A stretch of DNA of 64,000 bases, from the NCBI GenBank assembly GCA_951406725.2, contig OX597830.1, positions 32,922,001 to 32,986,000 on the forward strand. The letters are read 5' to 3'. The notes under the pieces were generated by a model, which worked only from the letters and a program-made list of their open reading frames with translations, was not told where the DNA came from and did not search any database. The translations under genes were made by a program, and so were the position numbers. Shown here piece by piece: positions 39,228 through 53,580 of the stretch (positions are counted from its first letter, which is position 1; each line of letters opens with the position of its first letter). Source of the DNA: Octopus vulgaris. Taxonomy: Eukaryota.

Positions 39228-39640
39228 TTTGCACCAATCCGACCGTGGCCGTTGCCAGCCTCGCCTGGCACCTGTGCGGGTGGCATGTAAAAAGCACCCA
39301 CTACACTCACGGAGTGGTTGGCGTTAGGAAGGGCATACAGCTGTAGAAACATTACCAGATAAGACTGGAGCCTTCTGGCTTCCCAGATCCCCGGTCGAAC
39401 CGTCCAACCCATACTAGCATGGAGAACGGATGTTAAACGATGATGATGATAATGATGATGATATATATACATATATACGACAGGCTTCTTTCAGTTTCCG
39501 TCAACCAAATCCGCTCACAAGGCTTTGGTCAGCCTGAGGCTATAGTAGAAGACACTTGCCCAAGATGCCATGCAGTGGGAATGAACCCGGAACTATGTGG
39601 TTGGTAAGCAAGCTACTTACCACACAGCCACTCCTGCGCT
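38944..39640 (-). mobile_element. SINE A with an RTE tail (+, 39231-39460) nested in its internal (TA)n
   Basis: The two SINE A halves flank an opposite-strand GAT-tailed RTE end. Confidence 0.85.
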
Positions 39641-40181
39641 GTGAACTAATTGTGAGACACAGGCTTGATTCCAAGTTGTGTCATTTTGTTTCACTTCTTG
39701 TATCAACAAAAATTTTGAGTCATTATTGGTAGCTTTGAAAACGATGGATTCAGGTCAGTTAATTTACCCTTAACATAAAAACATGAAGCTAATGAGTTTA
39801 GTTGTGAGCCAATGACCCATGAAATGTTACTGGATAAAACGAAAGTTTAAAAAGTGAAAGTGATGTGTCACTGTTTTATGTAATTGACAAGATGAATGAG
39901 AAGAATTTTAGGAAGATTTTCTTGAATGAAAAGTGAAACTGTTTAAAGGTCATGCAAAACTGGAACCAGTGCCAAATTCATATGAACCTCAATTTCTCAC
40001 TATATGTATAAGCTGTATAATGAAATGGAAATGGAAAAATGTGTCTTGACTTGGATTCTGTAAGCTGTCTTATTTTATAGAGGCAAATGCTTAGATATTC
40101 TGAAACCAGAAACTTTTCCAGTTCCAGCATTTTAGAAAAAATAATATCAACCGTATATGTATATACAGTTGATACTGTTGA

Positions 40182-40215
<34 letters not shown>

Positions 40216-40617
40216 AAATATTATACGATATACTTATATATTTACACATACATATATACATACACACAGCTACACACAAATGCACACACGCACACACACA
40301 CACACGTGCACACACACACACACAAGCATGCACACACACACAACACACTCTAACACACACACACACAAACACACACATACAACACACACGCACATACACA
40401 GAAACATACAGAATGGTCACTCAAAACTGCTTTGCTAGATAAATATTAATTATTTCTGGATTAACAAAGTTACCAATGGCTTCATGTAGAATGGTCTCCA
40501 CAATTATTCAAGCAATTCACTCAGGAATGTTGGTATCCAGAGACAAATGCATATATATACATGCATTTGGATATATGTTTTTTCTAAAAACGAAATATAT
40601 ATATGTATATGTATATA

Positions 40618-40670
<53 letters not shown>

Positions 40671-40789
40671 TAGAAAAACATAAATCCAGAGAAGAAGAAC
40701 ACTCTAAGAAATAGAGCAGTCTATGCAAAAGAGTGACAGAACTGGCATAATATTTATTCCTTGGTAATGTGATACCAGTACCTCCATTT

Positions 40790-41310
40790 TTTCACTTGCT
40801 ATTTTCACCATGACGCAATTAACTCTGTCAAAAATTTGGAAATGGCATGCTGTACCATTTGGATTTGTACCTAAAGCTACAATATGAACATTTCAGAGTG
40901 TTTGGGTGTCAATCTGAGGACAGTGCAATCTGAGATTTACTGAGTGTGTGATAAAAATCTAACATCCAGTCAACATCATGGTGTTTGTAATGATTGCTAG
41001 TGATGGCAAAATTATGTCTCTATTCATCTTCCTACATGGCCTGAGACTCAGCATGGAGGCCTACAACAAGTGCTTGGAGGAGGTGGTGCTGCCCTGTGTC
41101 AAGAGGGTGGCTGCTGGAAGACTCTATGCCTGGTAACAGGATTCTGCATCATGCCGCACAAACAGGAGAAGCCAACCATGGCTGTCAGACAATTTCTGCG
41201 ACCACATCACCCCTAACATCTGGCCACCAATTTCCCCAGACCGCAACCCCTTTGATTATTATGTGTGGGTGCAGTTGAGTGATAGACCAATAAAACTCCT
41301 TGTAACACCA
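40790..41310 (+). pseudogene. Tc1/mariner superfamily transposase remnant, DD37D (maT) type
   Basis: HPVNIMVF..IASDG..GLRL..EAY..LEEVVLP..W*QDSASC..WPPISPDRNPFDYYVW. I count 37 residues between the second and third catalytic D. Confidence 0.85.
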
Positions 41311-41519
41311 TGGATAAGCATGTGTTTAGTCAAAGAGAGAATCACTGTCATACAAGCAATGTCATTCTGTAGCAGTCTCTCCATGGAAATATGTATGGCC
41401 ATGAGGGAAATCTTACATAGCTTGGGGACAAGCAAAGGTTGGTGACAGGAAAAGCACTAGGAATATCTGCCTTAAAGAATTTGGTTTGGCCTCACCATGC
41501 ATACACCCATGCAGGCAAC

Positions 41520-42052
41520 AGTAACAATGATGACAGTGAGGAAGTCAGCGACAATGATAATGACGATGATGATGATGATTAGGATGTCAGCAATGATGCT
41601 GATGATGGTGGTAAAGATGATGATGATGATGGCAATGATGATGATAATGATGATGACGATATTAAGGATGTCAGCAACGATGATGATGATGATGATGACG
41701 ACGATGGCGATGATGATGGTGATGAGCATGTCAGCAATGATGATGATGGTGATGAGAATGATAATGATGATAATGATGATCATGATGATGATGATCATGA
41801 TTGTGACGATGATGTGGATGATGTAGATGATGATGATGGCAATGGTGATGATGATGACGATGACGATGATGACAATGATGAGAATGAGAATGTCAGCACT
41901 GATGTTGATGATGGCGATAATGACAATGACAATAGCAATGATGAGGATGATGATGAAGATGATGAGGATGTCAGTAATGATAATGATGGTAGCAATGATG
42001 ATGATGGTGATGACAATGACAACGATGATGATTATGACAACGAAGACAATGA
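41520..42052. repeat. Long imperfect (GAT)n tract following an RTE-tail-like sequence
   Basis: Direct inspection. Confidence 0.9.
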
Positions 42053-43469
42053 ATTAGTATTGTTAATATCAGTAAATTCCATGCCACAGTAAATTGGTCC
42101 TTTTGCATTTTTGTGGAGTCACATTCCTCGCAATTGCAACAACTGATTTCCCTCTTCACGCTCTCGTTTTACCGCATCTGATGTCACAGAAGGCTGCAAA
42201 GAAAGATGTTATAAAACGAATGGCGTCAGCATCCTCAACGTTGTCGCTGCAGCTACGTTTGTTTTATTTTTTGTTGCTTTCATTGTTGCAGCTGTTGCTC
42301 TTTTTACCTTTGTACTAGAGTAGAAATCATCAAGGTGGTTTGGTCCACTGAACGTACCTGGTGCAGGTGTTGTTGGTGCTGTTGTTCTTTACCAATGCAA
42401 CTGAGATTGTACCTGTGGAAGCAGCTGTTTTGTGGCTATATGGTTTTTGAAATTAATCATTACCTCATTTTCTGCTGGTGCAGTTGTAGTTGCAACTGTT
42501 ATTGTAAAGTCTTATTGTTGTTATGCAAAGCTTTTCCTATTTAAGAGGAACAAAGTTCTTTACACGAAGAAACAATCGTAGAAATGATAATTATTTACTG
42601 TGTAGGGTAGGGGTTACATACAGCCAGGCAGTTATCTAGCTGGCTTGAAAGATAGATAGATATGTATTCTGAGAGTAAATGAGAAAGAAATGACTGGATG
42701 ATGGGGAAACCAAGGCTACGAACGTAAATTCAAGGGAGATAATTTATGCAATGCTAATTGTAAAGCGATTTGTATGCAACAGGTGTAACTCTGTTATGAT
42801 AACCAGCTGACATAAATTATTTGATTATACAAGAAAGCCCAGCAAAGAAAAGAAGAAAAAAACATACAGATCTTAAGTTCAATCTTTATTACTACTGCCA
42901 TAGAAAGGAATCCATTAAATTATATTGATACACACCACATACACATGCATGATGTGTATGTGTGTAAGAGTTTGCCTATGTGCATTGGAAAAAGGATTAT
43001 AATTTTAGAAGAAACAAATTTTTAATCCTAGTTATTATATTTAAACGGCATTTTTTTGAAACATCTGTTAAACATGGAGAATATATACTGTGACAGATAT
43101 AAAGCAAAATTTGTTTTAAATGTCTGCATTAGCTTTCTTAAATTTACATAGAAATTAAGCGAATGAGACATAAAGAATAGACATAAACCCTTTGGTAACT
43201 AAAATAAGCTGTTGTTGATAATGTCACAAGTTTCTACAATAGTTCTCTTGGCAAAGAAAGACACACAATCAAAGAAAATTACGTATACATAGATACATAG
43301 ATACACAGATACATACATGCATACATACATATATATATATATATATATGTAAATGACGACGATGATGATGATGGCTATATATATACATACATATATGTAT
43401 ATATATATGTACGTATATATATATATTTATATTTATATATATGTAAACGACAACGATGATGATGCTGGC

Positions 43470-43500
<31 letters not shown>

Positions 43501-43529
43501 GTGTGTGTATATATATATATATATGTTGT

Positions 43530-43627
<98 letters not shown>

Positions 43628-43667
43628 TCATCATCGTTTAGCATCCGTTTTCCATGCTAGCATGATG

Positions 43668-43706
<39 letters not shown>

Positions 43707-45195
43707 TGAATTAAAAAGTAATAATTGATGTTAGTCAATTGTTGATCAATATTTATCCATTTTCTGTTTACTTTATATATATGTGTGTGTGGGTGTGTGT
43801 ATCTTGTTGAAATTTACAGAAAAACAAAAGACAAAGATATGTGTATGGACAACAAGTAGGTGTATTAGTTTGATGCTCGGGAAAGTGAAAACGTGTTTTA
43901 TATTTTGAGCTTATGCTCTTCAACAGAAAGGAATATGAGGAAATAAACAGGGAGAAAAAAAAAAAAAATTTGTGGATTTAGCAATGTCCCTCACAACTGC
44001 ATCACAACTGATGCTGATTTGCTTGAATCGCCATAACTTTGTGGTTCGGCATAAGAATCTAACAGAAAAGGGAGCAGGCTTTTAAAAAATACAAAATACT
44101 TAAACCGATTTGTTTGACAAAACCAGTGAATGTGATGCACCGGCATGGCTGCTATCTAATGACTGAAACAAGTAAAATATAACAAGGAAAAAAATGTCTC
44201 GTTGATCCCTAAATGGAACATTTCTTAGGGAGGATTCTGACACTAATATGATGTATTAATTTTGGTCTTGTTTGACTGCTAGAATTCTCATTGCATTGTG
44301 AGCATGTGATACAATAAATGAGATCAGTTTCGTTTTGCAATTCATATTTGTCTTAGGCTTCAATTCCTTTCCATTTTTGAATTATTGTTTTTGCTTGTTT
44401 CCAATTCAATTATTTCACACATCACCCAACAAAGTTTGCCACAGTTTGTTATTTGCATAATGTCTTCCTCTGATGTGAATTTCCCCGTTTGTTAAGAGTC
44501 TTTTAAGATTTGGCGGTTGTCTTTGTTGATAATTTGTGACTCTAATTAGTTTAGTGAAACTCGATGATTGGTTTAGAATTGGAATGTATTCTTTGCCCAA
44601 ATGTAAGATGCTATCTTTTCTAGGATTATGGGCAACTACAAATGATTAAGAGGTTCATGAAACTGCTGATCCAACTCCTGATCCAAAAATAACGACAGTA
44701 TCACTACGAAACTTCATGAAAAAGGAAATAAAGCTTTTGGAACATGGACTTTAAGAAACCATTTTTTAAAGCATGCACACACACACACACACACACACAC
44801 ACTGATACACACACACATACTGATACACACACACACAAACAGGCATGTACACACACACAAGCATGCATGAACATGCACACACACAGATGCACATATATCA
44901 CTTACAAAAGCTTTTATGGAAAAATTTTGATCTAAAACCATGTTGAATTCAATATTGTAATATTTGGAAAGAGTGATAATTGACAAAGCCTATACATATG
45001 TTCACCAAACCGGTTTGAATTAAAATATATATATATTTAAAAAAATTTTTTTTTTTAATTTATTAAAAATTTTCCATACACCCATTTTCATTAAAATTTA
45101 CCTTCAATTTAACATTCTGCCTTTTTATAATTTTTCCTTGCTTATCATTTCTCTACGTGCGGTCAACAGAACCCCACCATTTATTGATTTATATG

Positions 45196-45254
<59 letters not shown>

Positions 45255-45256
<2 letters not shown>

Positions 45257-45568
45257 GTAAAGACCCCTTCAAACATGAATGAAAGTTACTCTCCAAGTAC
45301 AAGCAAGGTTATTTATGGAAAACCAGCAGTCACTCACACATACCAGCCTCCCCTCTTTGCACCACCAATATTATCCGATGGAAAGGTAAAGGCTGATACA
45401 GCTTGGTACCAGTGACACCATCACAACTCATTTCTACAGCTAAGTGAACTGGAGCAATGTGAAATAAAGTGTCTAGATCAAAAACACAACGCAGAGCCCA
45501 GTCCGGGATTTGAATTCACAACCTCACGATCGTAAGCTTGACGCTCTAACCACTGAGCCATGCACCTT

Positions 45569-45569
<1 letters not shown>
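45255..45569 (-). mobile_element. SINE C head with an alternative 3' tail
   Basis: Minus strand TGGCTCAGTGGTTAGAGCG..GAATTCAAATCCC..GACACTTTATTTCACATTGCTCCAGTTCACTTAGCTG, followed by a tail unlike that of the 15497 copy. Confidence 0.75.
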
Positions 45570-45611
<42 letters not shown>

Positions 45612-45613
<2 letters not shown>

Positions 45614-45860
45614 CAGGTCATCTCATAAGTTCTGTCCAAATTTTGAATATAGAAAACAAGTGATCAAATGTTATATTTAATTGAAATTTAATCATCAATG
45701 TATTTTCCCTGATTATCTATGACTTCCTTCCTTCTATTTACAAGCTTTTTAATCCCATCAATGTAAAACCTTTTTGATTTCAAAGCGAAGAACTCTGAAA
45801 TGTCAGTTTTGACCTCCGCCTGGCTTGTGAAAGTTAAGTCCCCCAAATGATTCTGTAAAT
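45612..45860 (-). pseudogene. Mariner transposase C-terminus with terminal inverted repeat
   Basis: LQNHLGDLTFTSQAEVKTDISEFFALKSKRFYIDGIKKLVNRRKEVIDNQGKYIDD*. The terminus TATCAGGTCATCTCATAAGTT abuts (TA)n. Confidence 0.8.
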
Positions 45861-45861
45861 A

Positions 45862-46240
45862 GACCCTGTAAGACCAAAACCATTATTTATCAAGCCACCA
45901 TATTTCATGAACGCTAATAATACAGTTTCATCCAAGAGATATGTGGGTATCACAGAGGGAAATTTCAAAGCAAGTTTCAACAATCACACCTTATACTTCA
46001 GACACTGGAATAAACAAAAGACTACCAAATTATCCAGTCATATATGGTACTCAAAAGAACAAGGTGTCAACTACAGGATTTACTGGAAGATCTTAGCCAA
46101 GTGTAAACCTTATACCAACAGTAGTGGCAAGTGCAATCTTTGTAATATGGAAAGATGGCTCATCTGGAAAAGTTCCTTTGACCCTGATACATGTTTAAAT
46201 TCAAGAACTGAACATTTTGTATCATGTCCACATTTTAGTT
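45862..46240 (+). pseudogene. GIY-YIG endonuclease fragment of a Penelope-like element
   Basis: PCKTKTIIYQAT, frameshift, then KRYVGITEGNFK..FNNH..F..TKLSSHIW..IYWKILAK..Y..KCNLCNME..LNSRTE..SCPH. Confidence 0.75.
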
Positions 46241-46438
46241 GTGTGAAAGTGTACGTGTGTGTATATGTATATATATTATATGTATGTGTGTATATATGTG
46301 TATATGTATATGTATGTATATGAGAGTAAGACTATCCGGTGCGTATGTGTGATTTTCATGCACACGCCCCCTTCATTTATGCGGATATGCATGTTTCTAT
46401 ATGTGTGGGTGTAGGTGTGTGATGGGATGGTGTGTGTG

Positions 46439-46497
<59 letters not shown>

Positions 46498-46559
46498 GTG
46501 TACATATACATATGTGTCTGTGTATGTGGGTGTGCATATGTATATCTGTATATATATAA

Positions 46560-46693
46560 AAAAGCTCCCACTATACTCTCAGAGAGGTTGGCATTAGGAA
46601 GGGCATCCAGCTGTAGAAACTCTGCCAAATCAAGATTGGAGCCTGGTGCAGCCATCTGGTTCACCAGCCCTCAGTCAAAAACGATGATGATGA
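46560..46693 (+). mobile_element. RTE 3' end in (TA)n
   Basis: Near-identical to 1590-1700. Confidence 0.8.
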
Positions 46694-47187
46694 TATATAT
46701 ATATATATATACATATATATTGACATATTTATAGACATAAATGTATAAATATATATGTATTATGTTACGTGTATGCATGTAAGCACCTATGTATATAAGG
46801 AAATAGTTGCATACACATATATGTGTGTTTATGTGGATATGTATGTATATACAAGTACATACATACATATATGTTTGTATGTGTGCATGTCTGTGTATGT
46901 TTGTATACATGTTTGTGTGAGTATGTACGTATGTAGACGTTGTGAACACAGGAGGTTTATGTTTATGTATTGTGAGAATATGGTTGCATGTGTTTTTTAT
47001 CCTTTTTCTTTTTCCACCTATTACAGTTACTTCCCTTTTATTTAACAGTTTTTCATAGCATCTGTTGCCATTTATAGCCAACCGGAATGTATCATAGCTC
47101 TTCACTCCAACATTTGAAACTCTGAGTACTATAATGACAATTTACTGTTTGTTCTAAATTATAACACACACACACATATAAATATAA

Positions 47188-47218
<31 letters not shown>

Positions 47219-47293
47219 TATATACAAATATATACACACATATATATACATATATATACACACATATATATACATATATATACATATATATAC

Positions 47294-47324
<31 letters not shown>

Positions 47325-48502
47325 ATATATAATATATATAATATATAATATATAATATATAATATATATATAATATGCAATGACAAATTACTACCTTTAA
47401 AGGTTAAAGGAAAGAAGATTAGTAGGTGCAATTAATCTACATTTTAATAAATGTCCATTTTATAGATGTAAAACCTTTAGCTCTGGTAGCTATTCTCTAT
47501 AGTAAATGCATTTGAGACTACTAGAATTAAGCATCCAGCTCAAAATACAGCAGTTACAGAATATTCTTTTCGCCTGGTTTTATACTTTATTCATTTGCCA
47601 TCTCGTTTGTGTGTGTATGTGACTCACAAACTGTTGTGTGTTTGTATGTGCTTACGTGGGCATGGATACCTTTGTGTATATGTGTGTCTCTCTCAGTAGC
47701 TCAATGCACTCATTCTCACTGTGAATCATGGGAAACATGCATGAAACAGACCGACACATACTGCCACTAATCTACAAATTAATAAAGTGGCTGCAATTCC
47801 ACAATTGTTCTCTTAAACAATATCATTGGCACGGATGAAAATGAAACCAGCATAATATGCAGAGAAACTGGCTAGAAAATGAAATACGGAACGAGGGGGG
47901 TAGATGATATATCAGTTTGGAATGAAGATCTAATTAGTGCATCAGGGCTTAGAAAGGGATCAAGCATAGACAATATTAATTAACTGGGTTTATTCTCAGT
48001 TAAGAGGTAGAATAAAGCCATGTCCAGATAGAGGAATTCTCATTACATTGCCATTATATTTTTGTGAGGAAAGGCGGCATCTGCTCGCTTTGTTATGAGA
48101 TAACTGCCATATGTGAGAATGATATATTTCAGGCACATTCTAATAATGGTGATTGTTGTAATTTGTGAGTGTACGCTGATACACATAGTATTTTAAATGC
48201 ATACATGCAAATAGCTTTCTATTTAGTTATATGTGAAAGCTTATCTTATAAACTATAGTGATATGAATAAATATGAAGTATTTTATAGATTAGGGTATTT
48301 ATTTACATTTGACTATAGTGGTCTGGTTTCCCAAATTGCTAATAAGTACGCAGACACAGTTCATAAAGTACTGCTGCATTTTCATAAAATACTACTCCAA
48401 TTTGTTGTGAATCCAACTCTTATCCTGTGATGGTTCCTGAATGGCATCAGCCAAAGTCTTTCCAGTTTGTTCTGTGATTTGAACCTTGACAGATGCCTTA
48501 CT

Positions 48503-48750
48503 CATCATCATCATCGTTTAACGTCCACTTTCCATGCTGGCATGGGTTGGACAGTTTGACTTGGAGCTAGCTAGCTGGGCACTGTCCAGACTCTGTTGTG
48601 GCATGGTTTCTATGGCTGGATGCCCTTCCTAATGCCAACCACTTCAATAAGTGTACTGGGTTCTTCTTATGTGCCACCGTCATGGGGTGCTTTTTATGCA
48701 GCACTGCCACGGATGCTTTTTAAGTGACACTGGCACCTAAAAGAACAAGC
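48503..48750 (-). mobile_element. RTE 3' end
   Basis: (CAT)n-CGTTTAACGTCCACTTTCCATGCTGGCATGGGTTGG. Confidence 0.8.
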
Positions 48751-51679
48751 CTGTATTTGTGAAAGACAGTGATTTCAGACCAATACCTTTTCTTTACCTG
48801 TGTGAAATTGAATACTTCTGTAAATGCTCTTATAATGATATCACCAATACAGGTGAGAAGTTGCTCTGTTAAGCTCTGCTTTGCAATATGTAGGTATGTC
48901 CTTTTATATCTAAATCTCATGATGTTGGCTTCTTCTGTTGGCAAAATAACTACCTGTAGTATGACTTCATTTAATTGATTATTTCTCTCAAAAATATGCT
49001 GAGGTTTTTACTTAATCTAAAACTCTTGATTCTGAAATCTGCACCTTTGGATTTTAACTCTCATGACTTCAAATCACATCTAGTAATTCTGCCTGGGTCT
49101 TTCTTTGATTTGCAGTTAAGCCTTTTTCTTTTTTTCATTATTTCTTTGATAAACAAAAGTCTTTTTTTACTGAAATATAAAAAAAGAAAGCACTACAAGA
49201 GAAAAAGAGAATTTGGTTTAAATTATTTTGTTGTAGCTATAAAGTTTGTGGAAGGTTTATATTGCAATTTCATCTAAATGTTATTATTGTCTTCTTGCTG
49301 GTTCCAGTCTGATGGAACAAAGTATTATGTCTTGTGTATTTCATCTAATGAGAAATGCTGATAATCTCTTAAACAATCAATTTTGCAATCTATTCACAAG
49401 TGTCTTCAAAGTATGAGGTGTTTAGATAGCAAACAAGCAAAACACTTATCCTCGTTCCTAAATAGCCATTAGTTTGGAAGCTACTACACAAACGGTCCGT
49501 GTGGAACACTTTGTCACTTGATTCTAATTCCATTGACCGTTCTAATGAGAATGTAGTAATTACATTCATTATTAACAAAGATAATGGAGAAAGGTTATTG
49601 CAGTATATACACTCGTTTTTATTCTTCATCACTCTGAGATTCCAAGTATGCTTTACAAAATGACTGACACATTTCTTTCCCCCACCGCTTTCTCCACGTC
49701 TTTCTTTATGCCTATCTATGTCTTTTTCTATACATCTTTTTCCCTCTCTTTCCTCATCATTTTCCTTCCTTTCTATTATCATTTTATTCTTTTATTTCTC
49801 ACGTTTTTTTTTGTTTTTGTTTTTGTATCTTTCTCATTCTACTCTACCGAGGTTATATCCTTCTTACATACGTCTATATTGTTACAATGAAAAGTAAACT
49901 TTTACTTCTCTGCCTTCACTTTTGGTTTTCAATTAGTTGAACTACAAACATTTTAGAATAATAAGTATATTCCCACCAATATAAGACTGCAAAACAGTTT
50001 TAATTCTTATTCATAGCTATTTCCTTTCATTTAGCAGCTTGTGCTCTGGGGAAAGACATGACTGTTGCAAATCTCATATTGCCTTCCTTCAATAGAACAA
50101 CTCACCCATTGATTTTAACTCTTGATTATCAAATATCAACCAATTGTCTCAAGCACATTAACAGATGGGATTATTCTTGGTAGATTCAATATGTATAATA
50201 ATAATTCCAACAGGAAAATCTTAAAACTAATACACAATATTCATGTCTCTTATCATAAATTCAATTTTTATTGTAAAATCTGTAGATTTTGAGAAACCTG
50301 TGTAAAATACTGCATTTGTTAAACTTTGCAAAGTACTAAAGCAATTTTGTTTTTCTTTTCGATGAACCAACTTCTATATCTCATAAACTTTTAATATCTT
50401 GTCTCAGAGTCATATGTTGCATTCTCCAGAGGCAACAAATTCTTTATATACAGCCTTTTTTTCATGCCTAAAGGGAGATAGTTTTAATATATTTTTCATT
50501 AAAGATTTCTTCATTATCAATTTTTCGCCATTTCATCAAATATCTATATATCTATGTATGTATCAATATGATCTATCCATGTATATATGGATAGATTTTA
50601 TAGATACATACGTATATTATCACATAGTCAATCTATGTATATATCTATCTATCTACTGATCTATCTATCTATCTATCTATTTATTGATTTATTTTTCATG
50701 CAGTGAAGGAATTTATGAGTTAGTAAATCTGATAAAATATTGCTTGAATCTAGCCAGTTCAAAAGAACAAAGGGTGTTTTAAGAATCTTAAACATTTTGG
50801 TCTTACAGAGAATTCAAAATATGTTGCATATGTATGCACATATCTTTGTCAGTATATATATGTATGTGTGTATATATTTTTCAATTAATGCTTTTATATC
50901 TGTTTTTTCTTCTTTTGAGTTTGAGAAGAATGGCTCTTAGAATTTGGTTATATGTAATGAATTGTTCCTGAAGAAGTATTTTACAGCTGGATGCTCAATT
51001 TCTCAACCATGACATGAGAGGGAGGTGTCTATTTTTCAATTAGGTTGCTTGGAATAAGTAAAATGTCTTTCCTAAGGGTGCTATATAATTTATGTGGTAG
51101 AACTTGAACACAGAAGTTTCGATCAATTGTGCAGCCTTTAAAATAATCTATAACACACAATTATGTATATGTACATACAATTATGTATCTGTGAGTAAAT
51201 GTGCTCATAAGTGCTTACCAAACAGTATTGTTAATCAGCTAGTAGCATAAATCAATTTTCTGGAACCATCCACCATAATTTTTATAGTCATATCTTTTTC
51301 ATCATTATTCTGTCCATACCCTAGAAAGCCATTGGGGTACCAGTGAATACAGTTAGACCAAAATTCAATTGTCTTTTCTGTTTTCAGCAATATTTGAGTT
51401 GTAAAAATTTATGATGTTCATTGTTCGATGTTATGTTTCAATATTTTTCTCTGCTAGAAGCCTGCGAGCAAGCAGAACCATTAGCACACTGGACAAAATG
51501 CTTATTGGTATTTCGTCCATCTTTGCATTCTGAGGTCAGCTTTGCCTTTCATCTTTCCAGAATCAATAAAATAAGGGCTAATTGCATACTGGGGTGGATA
51601 TAATCAACTTAGCCCTTCTGCCAAAAAGCTGGCCTTGTGTGAAGGTTTGAAGCCAACATTATGGAGTGATCCTTCAGCT

Positions 51680-52225
51680 GGTGTAAAGCACTTATGGCAG
51701 TGTCACACAAAAACATCCATGAAATACCACATGAAAGTGCCTGTGTGGTGTCACATAAAAGTGTCTGTGTGGTGCCACATGAAAGTGCCTGTGTGATGCA
51801 ACATGAAACTGTCTGTGTGTTGCCACATAAAAAAGCCCATGCAGTGCCACATAAAAGCATTCATATGGTACCATATAAAAGAGCCTGTGCAGTGCCACAC
51901 AAAGGTGGCCGTGCAATGCTACATCAAAGTGCCTGTGTGGTTCCATATAAAAGAGCCCATGTGGTGTCATGTAAAACTGCACACAGGCAATTCCATGTAA
52001 AAGTGGCCGTGCAGCACCAATTCAAAGCGCCCATGCAGTGTCACATAAAAGAGCCCATGTGGTGTCATGTAAAAATGCACACATGCAATTCCAAGGGCAT
52101 CCAGTCATAGAAACCATGCCAAATCAGATTGGAGTCTGGTGCAGTCTCCCAGCCTGCCAGCTCTGGTCACACCGTCCAACCCATGCCAGCATGGACAACG
52201 GCCGTTAAATGATAACGATGATTAT
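51680..52225 (+). mobile_element. RTE 3' end with about 15 units of a 26-bp UTR minisatellite (51697-52085)
   Basis: (GTGCCACATAAAAGTGCCTGTGTG..)n then AAGGGCATCCAGTCATAGAAACC..CCCATGCCAGCATGG. Flanked by SINE D copies at 51462-51655, 52241-52450 and 52484-52690. Confidence 0.8.
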
Positions 52226-53086
52226 GATAATAATTCAAGCAGCTAGCTGGCACAATCATTAGCACACCAGACAAAATACTTAGTGGCATTTCGTCTAGTT
52301 TTATGTTCTGGGTTCAAATTCTTCCAAGGTTGACTTTGCCTTTCATCCTTTATGTTTTTAAAATAAGTACCAGTCAGGCACTGGGGTTGATGTAGTCGGC
52401 TAGTACCCTGCCACCACCAAATTCTAGGCCTTGTGCTTTTAATAGAAACAATTATTATCATTATTATCATTAATATCATTATGGAGGTGGCGTGTTGTCA
52501 GAATTGTTAGCAATGCTTAGGGACATTTTATCTGTCTTTACATTCTGAGTTCAAATTCCACCAAGGTTGATTTTGCCCTTTATCCTTGCAGGGTCAATAA
52601 AATAACTACCAGTTGAGCATTGGCATCAATGTAATTGACTTATTCTCTCTCCCAAAATGTTAACCATGTTTGAAAATTTGAAACTAATATTTTCCTCCGC
52701 TAGTTTTTCCCTCCTGAAACTGTTCCATGCAAAAGGGATTTCATAAGACTATGTTATTCCATCATTGGAGTTTGCTATAAAAGGTAGAAGAAGAAAGCAA
52801 AGAAAAAGAACAAACCTGTTTCCAAACGAGGTAAGAATTTCTTCAGTTTGTTGAATATCAAACAGTTTGGACATGGGATGCACTGCAAGCAAACAACATC
52901 ATTAACAAAGGCATTGTTTACAATGACCTTGCAAAGCACATGTGTAAATGAGAGAAATATGAACTCAAACACACACACACACACACAAACACAAACACAA
53001 ACACACACACACACACACATGCAAACACGCACACACATGTGCATGCACACACACATATGTAAAGACCATATATATATATTTTTTAT

Positions 53087-53580
53087 TCTTTTATTTGTTT
53101 CAGTCATTTGACTGCAGCCATGCTGGAGCACTGCCTTTAGTTGAGCAAATCAACCCCAGTACTTATTCTTTGTAAGCCTAGTACTTATTCTCTCAGTCTC
53201 TTTTGCTGAACCACTAAGTTACGGGGATGTAAACACACCACCATCAATTGTCAAGCAATGTTGGTGGGGACAAACACAGACACAAACACACATACATATA
53301 TACACAAAAATACATACATACACACACATACACACATATATATATATGTATATATATATATATTGGCCTGCTCGCTTAGCCAGAGGGGTGGCGTCATTTG
53401 AAGGCTAAAACAATGTGAAGCGCATTGTGACCAGCGATGTGTAACAACATCTGATAGCCTGGTCGGTCACGGTGATCACAGTGATATATATATATATGAT
53501 GGGTTTCTTTCAGTTTCTGTCTACTAAATCTACTCACAAGGCTTTGGTCAACCTAAGGCTGTAGTAGAAGATATTTGCCC
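53087..53580 (-). mobile_element. SINE A with a 120-bp insert in its (TA)n; head truncated at 53580
   Basis: The SINE A match ends abruptly at GATATTTGCCC. Confidence 0.8.

Noticed and set aside
41814-42092. Asp-rich ORF resembling acidic biomineralisation proteins
   Set aside because: It is the (GAT)n tract extending from an RTE-like tail, with no signal peptide or splice support.
48790-48955. Minus-strand open segment between AG and GTAAAG (VVILPTEEANIMRF...)
   Set aside because: No polypyrimidine tract and no recognisable protein similarity.
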